A stretch of DNA of 38,819 nucleotides, taken from the NCBI GenBank assembly GCA_051959695.1, contig JBQCFA010000501.1, positions 1-38,819 on the forward strand, given 5' to 3'. The stretch is from Rhizobiaceae bacterium (lineage in GTDB: Bacteria; Pseudomonadota; Alphaproteobacteria; Rhizobiales; Rhizobiaceae). The notes beneath the pieces are model-generated. The model was not told the origin of the DNA, searched no databases, and saw only the letters and a list, made by a program, of their open reading frames with translations. The translations under genes were made by a program, and so were the position numbers. This document shows, in pieces, positions 1 to 8,794 of the stretch. Within the stretch, counting starts at the first letter, position 1, and each line of letters opens with the position of its first letter.

Positions 1-136
1 CGATGCCACGGACGTGACCCACGCCCTGTCGAGCATCTATTCCGCTCCCGACACGGCGGATTGGCGGGAACGATCGCACCGCCTCGTCTCGCTCCTGATG
101 GGCGGGCTTCGCTGGGGTGCCCCGAAATCGCGCTGA
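1..136 (+). CDS. 3' end of a probable TetR/AcrR-family regulator (partial, starts before the window)
   Basis: Frame +2 reads DATDVTHALSSIYSAPDTADWRERSHRLVSLLMGGLRWGAPKSR* with TGA at 134-136. The W..R..RLV.LL..GLR ending resembles C-termini of TetR-type regulators. Not in the ORF track because it has no start in the window. Confidence 0.55.
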   Translation, partial: DATDVTHALSSIYSAPDTADWRERSHRLVSLLMGGLRWGAPKSR

Positions 137-145
137 AGGCCTGGA

Positions 146-1108
146 TCAGGCCTTTTCCAGCAACGCGGCCGCTGTCCGCTCGTCGGTGATGAGCCCGTTG
201 ATGAGCCGGCGATTGGCGGCGGCGCGGATGCCGGGCAGCTTTTTCTCGCCCATCGCCAAGGCCACCACCAGCGACTTTTCCCGTGACGGGATCGGCGCAG
301 AGGCGACACGATCGTTGGTGATCCCCTCTATGAGGCGGCCGTCGCGATCGAAGGCCCAACCGACGATCTCGCCCACCGCGCCGGCCCTCTGCAGCGCTTT
401 CAGTTCCGCTTCCGTAATGAAGCCGTCCTCGTAGAGGGGCGCGTTCGGCCCGAAATCGCCGATGCCGATGAACGTGACGTCGGCACGGGCGGCGAGCGCC
501 AGCGTCGGCTGGATCATCGGCTGGGAAAGCAGCATCCCGCGCTCTTCCGGCGAGGAGGCGATGACGGGCAGCGGCATCGGGAAGCTGCGCGCCTTGACCG
601 TGTCGGCGAGGGTGAAGATGACGTTGTAGAACGCGGCCGAGCCATCCGGGGCGATGTTGCCCGTCAGCGACACGACCTTGTGCTGCGGACATTCCATTGC
701 GGGCAGCTGCTCGACGGCGGCCTTCAGCGTCCGGCCCGTGCCGAGCGCCATGACGATCGGATCCGGCGAGGAAAGCCGCCGCTCGATCTCGGCTGCCGCG
801 GCTTCCGCGACGCCGATCGTGGTCGAGGGAGAATCGGGATCGCTCGGCACCACGTCGACGAGATCGAGCGCATAGCGGTATTGGAGCCGACGCGCCAATT
901 CCAGGCATTGGGCGATCGGATGATCGATACGGACGCGCACCAATCCCTCCGTCATGGCGAAGGAAACCAGTCGCTGCGCCGATTGCCGCGACACGCCGAG
1001 CTTGGCGGCGATCTGGTCCTGCGTGTTGCCGGCGACGTAGTATAGCCAGCCGGCGCGCGCCGCGTCGTCAAGCTTGCTCGAACCGCCGCTTTCCTGGCGC
1101 CCGTTCAT
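146..1108 (-). CDS. smoC: SorC/DeoR-family sugar-binding transcriptional regulator of the polyol operon
   Basis: N-terminal HTH 'ARAGWLYYVAGNTQDQIAAKLGVSR', sugar-binding domain with 'GTGRTL', 'GAVGEI' and 'GLITDE'; divergent from smoEFGK. Start taken at ATG 1108. Confidence 0.9.
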   Translation of the reverse strand: MNGRQESGGSSKLDDAARAGWLYYVAGNTQDQIAAKLGVSRQSAQRLVSFAMTEGLVRVRIDHPIAQCLELARRLQYRYALDLVDVVPSDPDSPSTTIGVAEAAAAEIERRLSSPDPIVMALGTGRTLKAAVEQLPAMECPQHKVVSLTGNIAPDGSAAFYNVIFTLADTVKARSFPMPLPVIASSPEERGMLLSQPMIQPTLALAARADVTFIGIGDFGPNAPLYEDGFITEAELKALQRAGAVGEIVGWAFDRDGRLIEGITNDRVASAPIPSREKSLVVALAMGEKKLPGIRAAANRRLINGLITDERTAAALLEKA

Positions 1109-1211
1109 CCCCAAGTCCCTGTCCGACTCCGCTTTGCCATCGTGCCTCACTTCTTGCAAGCGCACGCAAGAGTTTTCCGTTCACCGCCCAAAGTGACAGA
1201 GATCTTAATTG

Positions 1212-1244
1212 AGAGCAACTGCCCGAATTCTGAGCATATGCTTA
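1212..1244. promoter_or_regulatory. Tandem palindromic operator pair (TGAGCA-NN-TGCTCA-like) near the smoC promoter
   Basis: AGAGCAACTGCCCG (1212-1225) and TGAGCATATGCTTA (1231-1244), offset by 19 bp; the same motif and spacing recur at 1405-1437. Confidence 0.6.
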
Positions 1245-1384
1245 CATCACGCCTGGAGGGCCGACAGGCCAGCACCGTTACGTCAGCAGAAAACGGCGGA
1301 AAAATCAGCACGTTGGCGCACTACCTTGCCTGCAGCATGCCGGCGGAATGGCCCGGCATGCTGCACTGCAATAACGAAAGCGAA

Positions 1385-1437
1385 TTGACATTCGTCATTC
1401 TGTATGAGTAATTGCCCAAAGACAAAGCAATTGCTCA
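1385..1437 (+). promoter_or_regulatory. sigma70-type promoter of smoE overlapped by a tandem operator pair
   Basis: TTGACA at 1385-1390 with an AT-rich -10 region near 1408-1414; palindromes TGAGTAATTGCCCA (1405-1418) and AAAGCAATTGCTCA (1424-1437); RBS GGGAGG before ATG 1465. Confidence 0.65.
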
Positions 1438-1464
1438 TTGATTGCGCTTGTTGGGAGGATAGTC

Positions 1465-2781
1465 ATGAAATTGAAATCGCTCGTTCTGGGCGCGTGTTCC
1501 GTTCTGGCAATGGCCGGTTTCGCGCGCGCCGAAACCACGCTCACCATCGCCACCGTCAACAATGGCGACATGGTCCGCATGCAGAAGCTGACGGACGACT
1601 TCAGCAAGGCCAACCCGGATATCAAGCTGAACTGGGTGACGCTGGAGGAGAACGTCCTGCGCCAGAAGGTCACGACCGACATCGCCACCAAGGGCGGCCA
1701 GTACGACGTCATGACCATCGGCACCTACGAGGTGCCGATCTGGGCGAAGCAGAACTGGCTCCTGCCGCTCGACAATCTCGGCGCAGACTACGACGTCGAC
1801 GATCTGCTTCCGGCGATCCGCAACGGCCTGTCCGCCGACGGCAAGCTTTATGCCGCGCCCTTCTACGGCGAGAGCTCCTACGTCATGTACCGCAAGGACC
1901 TGATGGACAAGGCGGGGCTCAAGATGCCTGACAAGCCGGATTGGAAGTTCATCAAGGAGGCGGCCGACAAGATGACCGACAAGGCCGGTGGCGTCTACGG
2001 CATCTGCCTGCGCGGCAAGGCCGGCTGGGGCGAAAACATGGCGTTCCTCACCGCCATGTCGAATTCGTTCGGCGCCCGCTGGTTCGACGAGAAATGGCAT
2101 CCCCAATTCGACCAGCCGGAATGGAAGGACACGCTCTCCTACTACGTCGACCTGATGAAGAAGGATGGACCTCCCGGCGCTTCCTCCAACGGGTTCAACG
2201 AGAACCTCGCCCTCTTCCAGTCGGGCAAGTGCGGTATGTGGATCGACGCCACCGTGGCCGGTTCCTTCGTAACCGATCCGAAGAACTCCAAGGTTGCCAA
2301 GGATGTCGGCTTCGCGTTGGCGCCCAACAGAGATGGCGTCGACAAGCGCGCCAACTGGTTGTGGTCCTGGGCGCTCGCGATCCCCGCTGGCACCAAGAAA
2401 GCCGAAGCGGCGGAAAAGTTCGTCTCCTGGGCGACCAGCAAGCATTATCTCGACGTGGTGGCGGAGAAGGATGGCTGGGCCAACGTGCCCCCCGGGACGC
2501 GCAAGTCGCTCTACGAAAACCAAAAATACCTGGATGCGGCGCCTTTCGCCAAGATGACGCTGGAATCCATCAAGGCGGCGGATCCTACGCATCCGACCGT
2601 CAAGCCGGTGCCCTATGTCGGCGTCCAGTTCGTCGCCATTCCGGAGTTCCAGGGCATAGGAACGGCCGTCGGTCAGCAATTCTCGGCGGCGCTTGCCGGC
2701 CAGCTTTCGGTGGCGCAGGCGCTGCAGAGTGCGCAGCAGCTTACGACCCGCGAAATGACCAAGGCCGGATATATCAAGTGA
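1465..2781 (+). CDS. smoE: Polyol (sorbitol/mannitol) ABC transporter substrate-binding protein
   Basis: Signal peptide MKLKSLVLGACSVLAMAGFARA; motifs 'TIATVNNGDM', 'WVTLEENVLRQ', 'APFYGESS' and 'GVQFVAIPEFQ' typical of SmoE/MtlE. Confidence 0.93.
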   Translation: MKLKSLVLGACSVLAMAGFARAETTLTIATVNNGDMVRMQKLTDDFSKANPDIKLNWVTLEENVLRQKVTTDIATKGGQYDVMTIGTYEVPIWAKQNWLLPLDNLGADYDVDDLLPAIRNGLSADGKLYAAPFYGESSYVMYRKDLMDKAGLKMPDKPDWKFIKEAADKMTDKAGGVYGICLRGKAGWGENMAFLTAMSNSFGARWFDEKWHPQFDQPEWKDTLSYYVDLMKKDGPPGASSNGFNENLALFQSGKCGMWIDATVAGSFVTDPKNSKVAKDVGFALAPNRDGVDKRANWLWSWALAIPAGTKKAEAAEKFVSWATSKHYLDVVAEKDGWANVPPGTRKSLYENQKYLDAAPFAKMTLESIKAADPTHPTVKPVPYVGVQFVAIPEFQGIGTAVGQQFSAALAGQLSVAQALQSAQQLTTREMTKAGYIK

Positions 2782-2791
2782 ACCTCCCGCC

Positions 2792-2837
2792 TCCGGGGCT
2801 CGGCTCTTTCCCAGTGGAGCCGCAGCCCCGGATTTTT
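2792..2837 (+). terminator. Intra-operon hairpin with U-tract after smoE (partial terminator or mRNA stabiliser)
   Basis: TCCGGGGCT-CGGCTC ... GAGCCG-c-AGCCCCGGA followed by TTTTT. Confidence 0.65.
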
Positions 2838-2911
2838 ATCCGAGATGTTCCGGACCCGTCCAAGGCCGGGAGTATCCGTTAACGGCGTCATGACCTGAGA
2901 GGGGAAGTCCG

Positions 2912-3784
2912 ATGGCCACGTTGCACACCCGTAGCAGCGCCCGCCTGATGATGTCGCCCGCCGTCATCCTGCTTTTCATCTGGATGATCGTGCCGCTGGC
3001 GATGACGCTGTACTTCTCGTTCCAGAACTACAATCTCCTGACGCCGGGCGACCATCCCTGGGTCGGCTTCCTGAACTACTACTACTTCATCACCGACCCG
3101 GCCTTCCTCACCGCGATCGGCAATACGCTCCTCATCGTCGTCGGCGTCCTCCTGATCACCGTCATCGGTGGCATTCTTCTGGCGCTAGTCCTCGACCAGC
3201 CCTTCTGGGGCCAGGGCATCGTGCGCCTCCTCGTCATAGCGCCGTTCTTCGTCATGCCCACCGTTTCGGCGCTGGTGTGGAAGAACATGTTCATGAACCC
3301 GGTCTACGGCCTCTTCGCCTGGATCGCGCGTGGACTGGGCCTTGCTCCCATCGACTGGCTGGCCGAGGTGCCTCTCCTCTCCATCATCATCATCGTCGCC
3401 TGGCAATGGCTGCCCTTCGCCACGCTGATCCTGCTCACCGCGCTACAGTCGCTCGACGGCGAGCAGAAGGAAGCGGCGGAGATGGACGGCGCCGGCGCGA
3501 TATCGCGTTTCGTCTATATCGTGTTGCCGCATCTCTCCCGTGCCATCACCGTCGTCATCCTCATCCAGACGATCTTCCTGCTCTCCGTCTTCGCCGAGAT
3601 CCTGGTGACGACCAATTGCGGACCCGGAATCCAGAGCACGAACCTGACCTATCTGGTCTATGCGCAGGCGCTGCTTCAGTTCGACGTCGGCGGCGCGTCG
3701 GCGGGCGGCATCATCGCCGTCATCCTCGCCAACATCGTCGCGATTTTCCTTATCCGCCTCATCGGCAAGAACCTCGACAAGTGA
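2912..3784 (+). CDS. smoF: Polyol ABC transporter permease
   Basis: Six hydrophobic segments, EAA loop 'EAAEMDGA', position directly after smoE. Confidence 0.92.
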   Translation: MATLHTRSSARLMMSPAVILLFIWMIVPLAMTLYFSFQNYNLLTPGDHPWVGFLNYYYFITDPAFLTAIGNTLLIVVGVLLITVIGGILLALVLDQPFWGQGIVRLLVIAPFFVMPTVSALVWKNMFMNPVYGLFAWIARGLGLAPIDWLAEVPLLSIIIIVAWQWLPFATLILLTALQSLDGEQKEAAEMDGAGAISRFVYIVLPHLSRAITVVILIQTIFLLSVFAEILVTTNCGPGIQSTNLTYLVYAQALLQFDVGGASAGGIIAVILANIVAIFLIRLIGKNLDK

Positions 3785-3797
3785 TGGGTGAAGCACC

Positions 3798-4628
3798 ATG
3801 GCGCGCGAGATAAAGACGAAGAGCAAGATCACCTTCACCATCGTCGGCTGGCTGTGCGGGCTCCTGCTCTTCTTCCCGATCCTGTGGACGTTCCTGACCA
3901 GCTTCAAGTCGGAAGGCGACGCCATCGCCAACCCGCCATATTTCCTCTTCTTCCACTGGACGCTGGAGAACTACGCCGAGGTCCAGAGCCGCTCGGACTA
4001 CCTGCATCACTTTCTGAACTCCGTGACCATTTCCGTCGGCTCCACCATCATCGGCCTGATCATTGCCGTCCCGGCCGCGTGGGCGATGGCGTTCTCGCCG
4101 ACGAAGCGGACGAAGGACGTCCTGATGTGGATGCTCTCCACCAAGATGATGCCGCCGGTCGGCGCGCTGATTCCGATCTACCTGATCTTCCGCGACTGGG
4201 GCCTGCTCGACAGCCGCTTCGGCCTCACGATCGTGCTGATGCTGATCAACCTGCCGATCATCGTGTGGATGCTCTACACCTATTTCCGCGAGATCCCGGG
4301 CGAGATCCTCGAGGCGGCGCGCATGGACGGCGCCTCGCTCGCCAAGGAGATCGTCTACGTCCTGACGCCAATGGCGGTACCCGGCATCGCCTCGACGCTG
4401 CTTCTCAACATCATCCTGGCCTGGAACGAGGCGTTCTGGACGCTCAACCTGTCGACGTCCAATGCCGCGCCGCTGACGACGTTCATCGCTTCCTATTCGA
4501 GCCCGGAGGGCCTGTTCTGGGCGAAGCTGTCGGCGGCCTCGACCCTTGCCATCGCGCCCATTCTGATCATGGGCTGGTTTTCGCAGAAGCAGTTGGTGCG
4601 CGGCCTTACTTTCGGCGCGGTGAAATAG
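3798..4628 (+). CDS. smoG: Polyol ABC transporter permease
   Basis: 'EAARMDGA' loop, 'AWNE', and C-terminus 'LVRGLTFGAVK' typical of MalG-type permeases. Confidence 0.92.
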   Translation: MAREIKTKSKITFTIVGWLCGLLLFFPILWTFLTSFKSEGDAIANPPYFLFFHWTLENYAEVQSRSDYLHHFLNSVTISVGSTIIGLIIAVPAAWAMAFSPTKRTKDVLMWMLSTKMMPPVGALIPIYLIFRDWGLLDSRFGLTIVLMLINLPIIVWMLYTYFREIPGEILEAARMDGASLAKEIVYVLTPMAVPGIASTLLLNIILAWNEAFWTLNLSTSNAAPLTTFIASYSSPEGLFWAKLSAASTLAIAPILIMGWFSQKQLVRGLTFGAVK

Positions 4629-4673
4629 CGACGGCGCGGCGCCTTGCCGGCGGTCTTGGATCGGAGGAAGAAC

Positions 4674-5675
4674 ATGGGCAGCATCACTCTGAGCAAGGTC
4701 AGGAAATCCTTCGGCGTGACCGATGTCATTCCGGAGATAGACCTGGATATCGAGGACGGCGAATTCGTCGTCTTCGTCGGCCCCTCGGGCTGCGGAAAGT
4801 CGACGCTGCTGAGGCTGATCGCCGGGCTGGAGGACACCACAGGCGGCAAAATTATGATCGACGGCAAGGACGTGACCGATGCGGCGCCGGCCAAACGCGG
4901 CCTGGCGATGGTCTTCCAGTCCTACGCGCTTTATCCGCACATGACCGTCTACAACAATATTGGCTTCCCGCTGAAGATGGACAGCCAGCCGAAGGATGTC
5001 ATCGACAAAAAGGTGCGCGACGCCGCCCGCGTGCTCAACCTGACCAACTACCTCGACCGCAGGCCGGGCCAGCTTTCCGGCGGTCAGCGCCAGCGCGTCG
5101 CCATCGGCCGCGCCATCGTGCGCCAGCCATCCGCCTTCCTTTTCGACGAGCCGCTCTCGAATCTCGACGCGGCGCTGCGCGGCACCATGCGCATCGAGAT
5201 CAGCGAACTGCACCAGCAGTTGAAGACGACGATGATCTACGTCACGCACGACCAGATCGAGGCGATGACCATGGCCGACAAGATCGTCGTCCTGAACGCC
5301 GGACGCATCGAGCAGGTCGGCTCGCCGATGGAACTTTACCGTTCACCGGCCAATCTGTTCGTCGCAGGCTTCATCGGATCGCCGCGGATGAACCTCATCG
5401 AAGGTGCCGAGGCTCAGAAGATGCAGGCTAAGACGATTGGGGTCAGGCCCGAACACATCCGGCTTTCGGCGAGCGAAGGCGAATGGGGCGGGACCGTGGG
5501 CGTAGCCGAGCATCTCGGCTCCGACACCTTGCTGCATATCGAATCCGACAATCTTGGCCAGATCACCGCCCGCACCGATGGCGAGTTCGCGGTCAAGCAC
5601 GGCCAGCGCATCTTCATGACGCCTGACCGGACGCGTATGCACCGCTTCGACGAGAGGGGCCTAGCGCTAAGGTAA
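4674..5675 (+). CDS. smoK: Polyol ABC transporter ATP-binding protein (MalK-like)
   Basis: Walker A GPSGCGKS, signature LSGGQRQR, Walker B FLFDEP, C-terminal TOBE domain; RBS GGAGG before ATG 4674. Confidence 0.93.
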   Translation: MGSITLSKVRKSFGVTDVIPEIDLDIEDGEFVVFVGPSGCGKSTLLRLIAGLEDTTGGKIMIDGKDVTDAAPAKRGLAMVFQSYALYPHMTVYNNIGFPLKMDSQPKDVIDKKVRDAARVLNLTNYLDRRPGQLSGGQRQRVAIGRAIVRQPSAFLFDEPLSNLDAALRGTMRIEISELHQQLKTTMIYVTHDQIEAMTMADKIVVLNAGRIEQVGSPMELYRSPANLFVAGFIGSPRMNLIEGAEAQKMQAKTIGVRPEHIRLSASEGEWGGTVGVAEHLGSDTLLHIESDNLGQITARTDGEFAVKHGQRIFMTPDRTRMHRFDERGLALR

Positions 5676-5744
5676 GGCCCGCAAGAGGAGGGCGGAGGAC
5701 GGAGGGACCGGTCCGATGAGTGTGGTCCCCGCGAGAAGGGTCCA

Positions 5745-7223
5745 ATGAGCATCAAGCTGTCATCCAATGCACTGGGTTCGCTCCCCTCCTCCGTGGCCGT
5801 GCCCTCCTATCGCCGCGGCGACCTGTCCCCCGGCATGCTCCATTTCGGCGTCGGCAATTTCCACCGCGCCCACCTGCAGGTCTATCTCGATCGGCTGATG
5901 AATACCGGGCGCGATCGCGACTGGGCGATCGTCGGCGCGGGGGTCACGCCCTACGATGTGAAGATGCGAGACGCCCTCGCTGGCCAGGACTTTCTCACTA
6001 CCGTCGTGTAGCAGTCGGCGGAGAAGTCTTCGGCACGCGTCACCGGTGTCATGACCGGCTTCGTGCCGCCGATGGACGGCCGCGCCATCGTCGCCAGACT
6101 GGCAGATCCGGCGATCCGCGTCGTTTCGCTGACCGTCACCGAAGGCGGGTACTTCGTCAATCCCGCGCTCGGCAAGTTCGATCCGGAAAATCCCGCCATC
6201 CGTGCCGACGCCGCCAACCCCGGCGATCCGAAGACCGTTTTCGGGCTCATCCTCGCCGGCCTCAAGACGCGGCGCAAAGACGGTGTCCGTCCCTTCACTG
6301 TGATGTCGTGCGACAACGTTCCCCATAATGGCAAGGTCGCGCGCGACGCCGTCGCCGGCCTTGCCGCCGCGCAGGACAGGGACTTCGCCGAGTGGGTGCG
6401 CGCGGAAGTGGCTTTCCCGAACGCCATGGTCGACCGCATCGCCACGGCGACGTCGGACCGGGAACGGCGGATCACGCGCGAGGATTTCGGCATCGAGGAT
6501 GCCTGGCCGGTCTTCTGCGAGGATTTCATCCAGTGGGTGGTGGAGGACGATTTTCCTGCCGGCCGCCCGGCCTTCGAGGAGGCGGGGGCGGAATTCGTCA
6601 AGGATGTCACGCCCTGGGAGATGATGAAGATACGCATCCTCAACGGAGGCCACGCCATCATCGCCTATCCGTCCGGGCTGATGGACATCCACTTCGTCCA
6701 TGAGGGCATGCAGGACGAACTGGTGCGCGCCTTCCTGCAGAAGGTCGAGCGCGAGGAGATCATCCCGATCGTGCCGCCGGTGCCGAATGCCGACCTCGAC
6801 GCCTATTTCCGCAAGGTCGAGGAGCGCTGCCTCAACCCCAAGATCGGCGATACCATCCGCCGCCTTTGTCTGGACGGTTCCAACCGGCAGCCGAAATTCA
6901 TCATTCCCTCGATCGCCGACAGGCTGGCGAAGGGCCTGCCGGTCGAGGGGCTTGCGCTCGAATCGGCGCTGTGGTGCCGCTATTGCCACGGCACGACCGA
7001 TTCCGGCGCCGCGATCGAGCCCAACGATCCCGACTGGGACCGCATGCAGAGGACCGCTCGGGCTGCAAAGGACGATCCGTCCGCCTGGCTGGCCATGGCG
7101 GACATCTACGGCGATGTCGGCCGGGCGGTGCCGTTTGCAGCGGCCTTTGCCCGCAGCCTGAGGGGATTGTGGGAAAAAGGCACGCGGGAAACGCTCAAGG
7201 CCTATCTGGCGGGAGCGCTCTGA
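5745..7223 (+). pseudogene. mtlK: Mannitol 2-dehydrogenase (long-chain polyol dehydrogenase) interrupted by an in-frame TAG at 6009-6011
   Basis: ORFs 5745-6011 and 6051-7223 share a frame. Motifs HFGVGNFHRAH, SLTVTEGGY, SCDN, FPNAMVDRI and KIRILNGGH are present; the only stop is in ...TTVV*QSA.... Confidence 0.85.
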
Positions 7224-7272
7224 AAGTCCGATAAGAAGGCGCCGGCTTTCGTCACTTCGTTGTTCAGCGGGA

Positions 7273-8070
7273 ATGCGCATGGATCTGGGTTTGAAGGGAA
7301 AGGTTGCCGTCATTACCGGCGCCAGCGTCGGCATCGGCCTTGGCGTCGCCGAGGCGTTCGCGCGCGAGAAAGCGCATGTCGTCATGGCCGCCCGCCGCGA
7401 GGACCGCCTGGGCAAGGAGGCGAAACGCATCGCCAGTGACTATGGCGTTCGCGCCCTGCCGGTTTCATGCGACGTGGCGACGGTCGAAGGCGCCGGGCGG
7501 CTGGAGCAAGCGGTACGCGAGGCCTTTGGCGGCGTCGACATCCTCGTCAATAACGCCGGGACCGGGTCGAACGAGACCATCATGGCCGCCTCTGACGACA
7601 AATGGCAGTCCTATTGGGAATTGCACGTCATGGCGGCGGTGCGGCTGGCGCGCGCCTTCGTGCCGATGATGCGCGAGCGCGGCGGCGGCGCTATTCTGCA
7701 CAATGCATCCATCTGCGCCGCGCAGCCACTCTGGTACGAACCGATCTACAACGTCACCAAGGCGGCGCTGGTCATGTTTTCCAAGAACCTCGCCAACGAG
7801 GTGATCAAGGACAATATCCGCGTCAACACGGTCAATCCGGGGCTGATCCTGACGCCAGACTGGATCAAGACCGCGAAGCAGCTCACTGCGTCTGCCGGTG
7901 GCGACTGGGAGGGCTATCTTCAAACGGTCGCCGACGAGCACGCCCCGATCAAGCGCTTCGGTACCGTCGAGGAACTGGCGAATTTCTTCGTCTTCCTCTG
8001 TTCCGACCGGGCCTCCTATTCCGTCGGCTCGACCTACCATGTCGATGGCGGCATGCTGAGAACGATATGA
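7273..8070 (+). CDS. Short-chain dehydrogenase/reductase, NADPH-dependent L-sorbose reductase-like
   Basis: TGASVGIG, NNAG and YNVTK catalytic motifs. Segments NNAGTGSNETIM, WELHVMAAVRLAR, QPLWYEPIYNVTKAAL and LILTPDWIKTAK match my recollection of Gluconobacter sorbose reductase (SboA). The SDR call is firm and the substrate is inferred. Start may be 7279. Confidence 0.8.
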   Translation: MRMDLGLKGKVAVITGASVGIGLGVAEAFAREKAHVVMAARREDRLGKEAKRIASDYGVRALPVSCDVATVEGAGRLEQAVREAFGGVDILVNNAGTGSNETIMAASDDKWQSYWELHVMAAVRLARAFVPMMRERGGGAILHNASICAAQPLWYEPIYNVTKAALVMFSKNLANEVIKDNIRVNTVNPGLILTPDWIKTAKQLTASAGGDWEGYLQTVADEHAPIKRFGTVEELANFFVFLCSDRASYSVGSTYHVDGGMLRTI

Positions 8071-8116
8071 GACAACCCGGGCCTGGTCGAAGCCCTCCGC
8101 GCAGGCCTGCGGTTTC

Positions 8117-8794
8117 GTGAATCCGCCTTCCCTCGTCATATTCGATTGCGACGGCGTGCTGGTGGACAGCGAACCGATTTCCATCGCCGTGCTGCTCGAG
8201 GTGCTGGCCGGCGCCGGCCATGCCATGAGCGAGGAAACGGCTTACGAGCTGTTTCTCGGGCGATCGATGGCGACCACTATCGAATTGCTGCGAAGCGATT
8301 TCGGCTTCGTGGTGACGGCGGATCATCTCGAACGGGCCCGGACAGCGCTCTACGACCGGTTCCGCCGGGAACTGAAGCCCATACCGGGTGTCCGCAAGGC
8401 GCTCGGACAGATCGCCCTGCCTCGCTGTATCGCCTCTTCGAGCCAGCCGGAGCGCATCCGTTTCTCGCTCGGTGTCACCGGCCTATTGCCCTTCTTCGAG
8501 CCGCACATCTACAGTGCGGCGATGGTGAAGAGAGGAAAGCCGGCGCCCGACCTGTTTCTACATGCGGCTCGGGAGATGGGCGTCGAGCCCGAGGAATGCC
8601 TCGTCGTCGAGGATAGTCCGGCCGGCATAATGGCTGCCAGGGAAGCGGAGATGGGGGTTTTCGGCTTTACCGGCGGGTCCCACGCTCACGCCGGTGGATT
8701 GGCCCGAAACCTGGCGCCGCTGGAGCCCGACGCCATTTTTGACGATATGCGCCGCCTCCCCTCGCTCATAGCCGCACTCGGCAAGGCGCACTGA
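8117..8794 (+). CDS. HAD-superfamily phosphatase (beta-PGM/CbbY-like)
   Basis: Motif I 'FDCDGVLVDSE', 'KPAPD' and 'VVEDS'; GTG start; stop overlaps the next ATG (TGATG). Confidence 0.88.
   Translation: MNPPSLVIFDCDGVLVDSEPISIAVLLEVLAGAGHAMSEETAYELFLGRSMATTIELLRSDFGFVVTADHLERARTALYDRFRRELKPIPGVRKALGQIALPRCIASSSQPERIRFSLGVTGLLPFFEPHIYSAAMVKRGKPAPDLFLHAAREMGVEPEECLVVEDSPAGIMAAREAEMGVFGFTGGSHAHAGGLARNLAPLEPDAIFDDMRRLPSLIAALGKAH

Noticed and set aside
6009-6011. Pyrrolysine or genome-wide amber recoding as the explanation for the mtlK TAG
   Set aside because: TAG is a normal stop in smoG, DUF2244, hpf and both RND genes in this window, and no pyl genes are visible.
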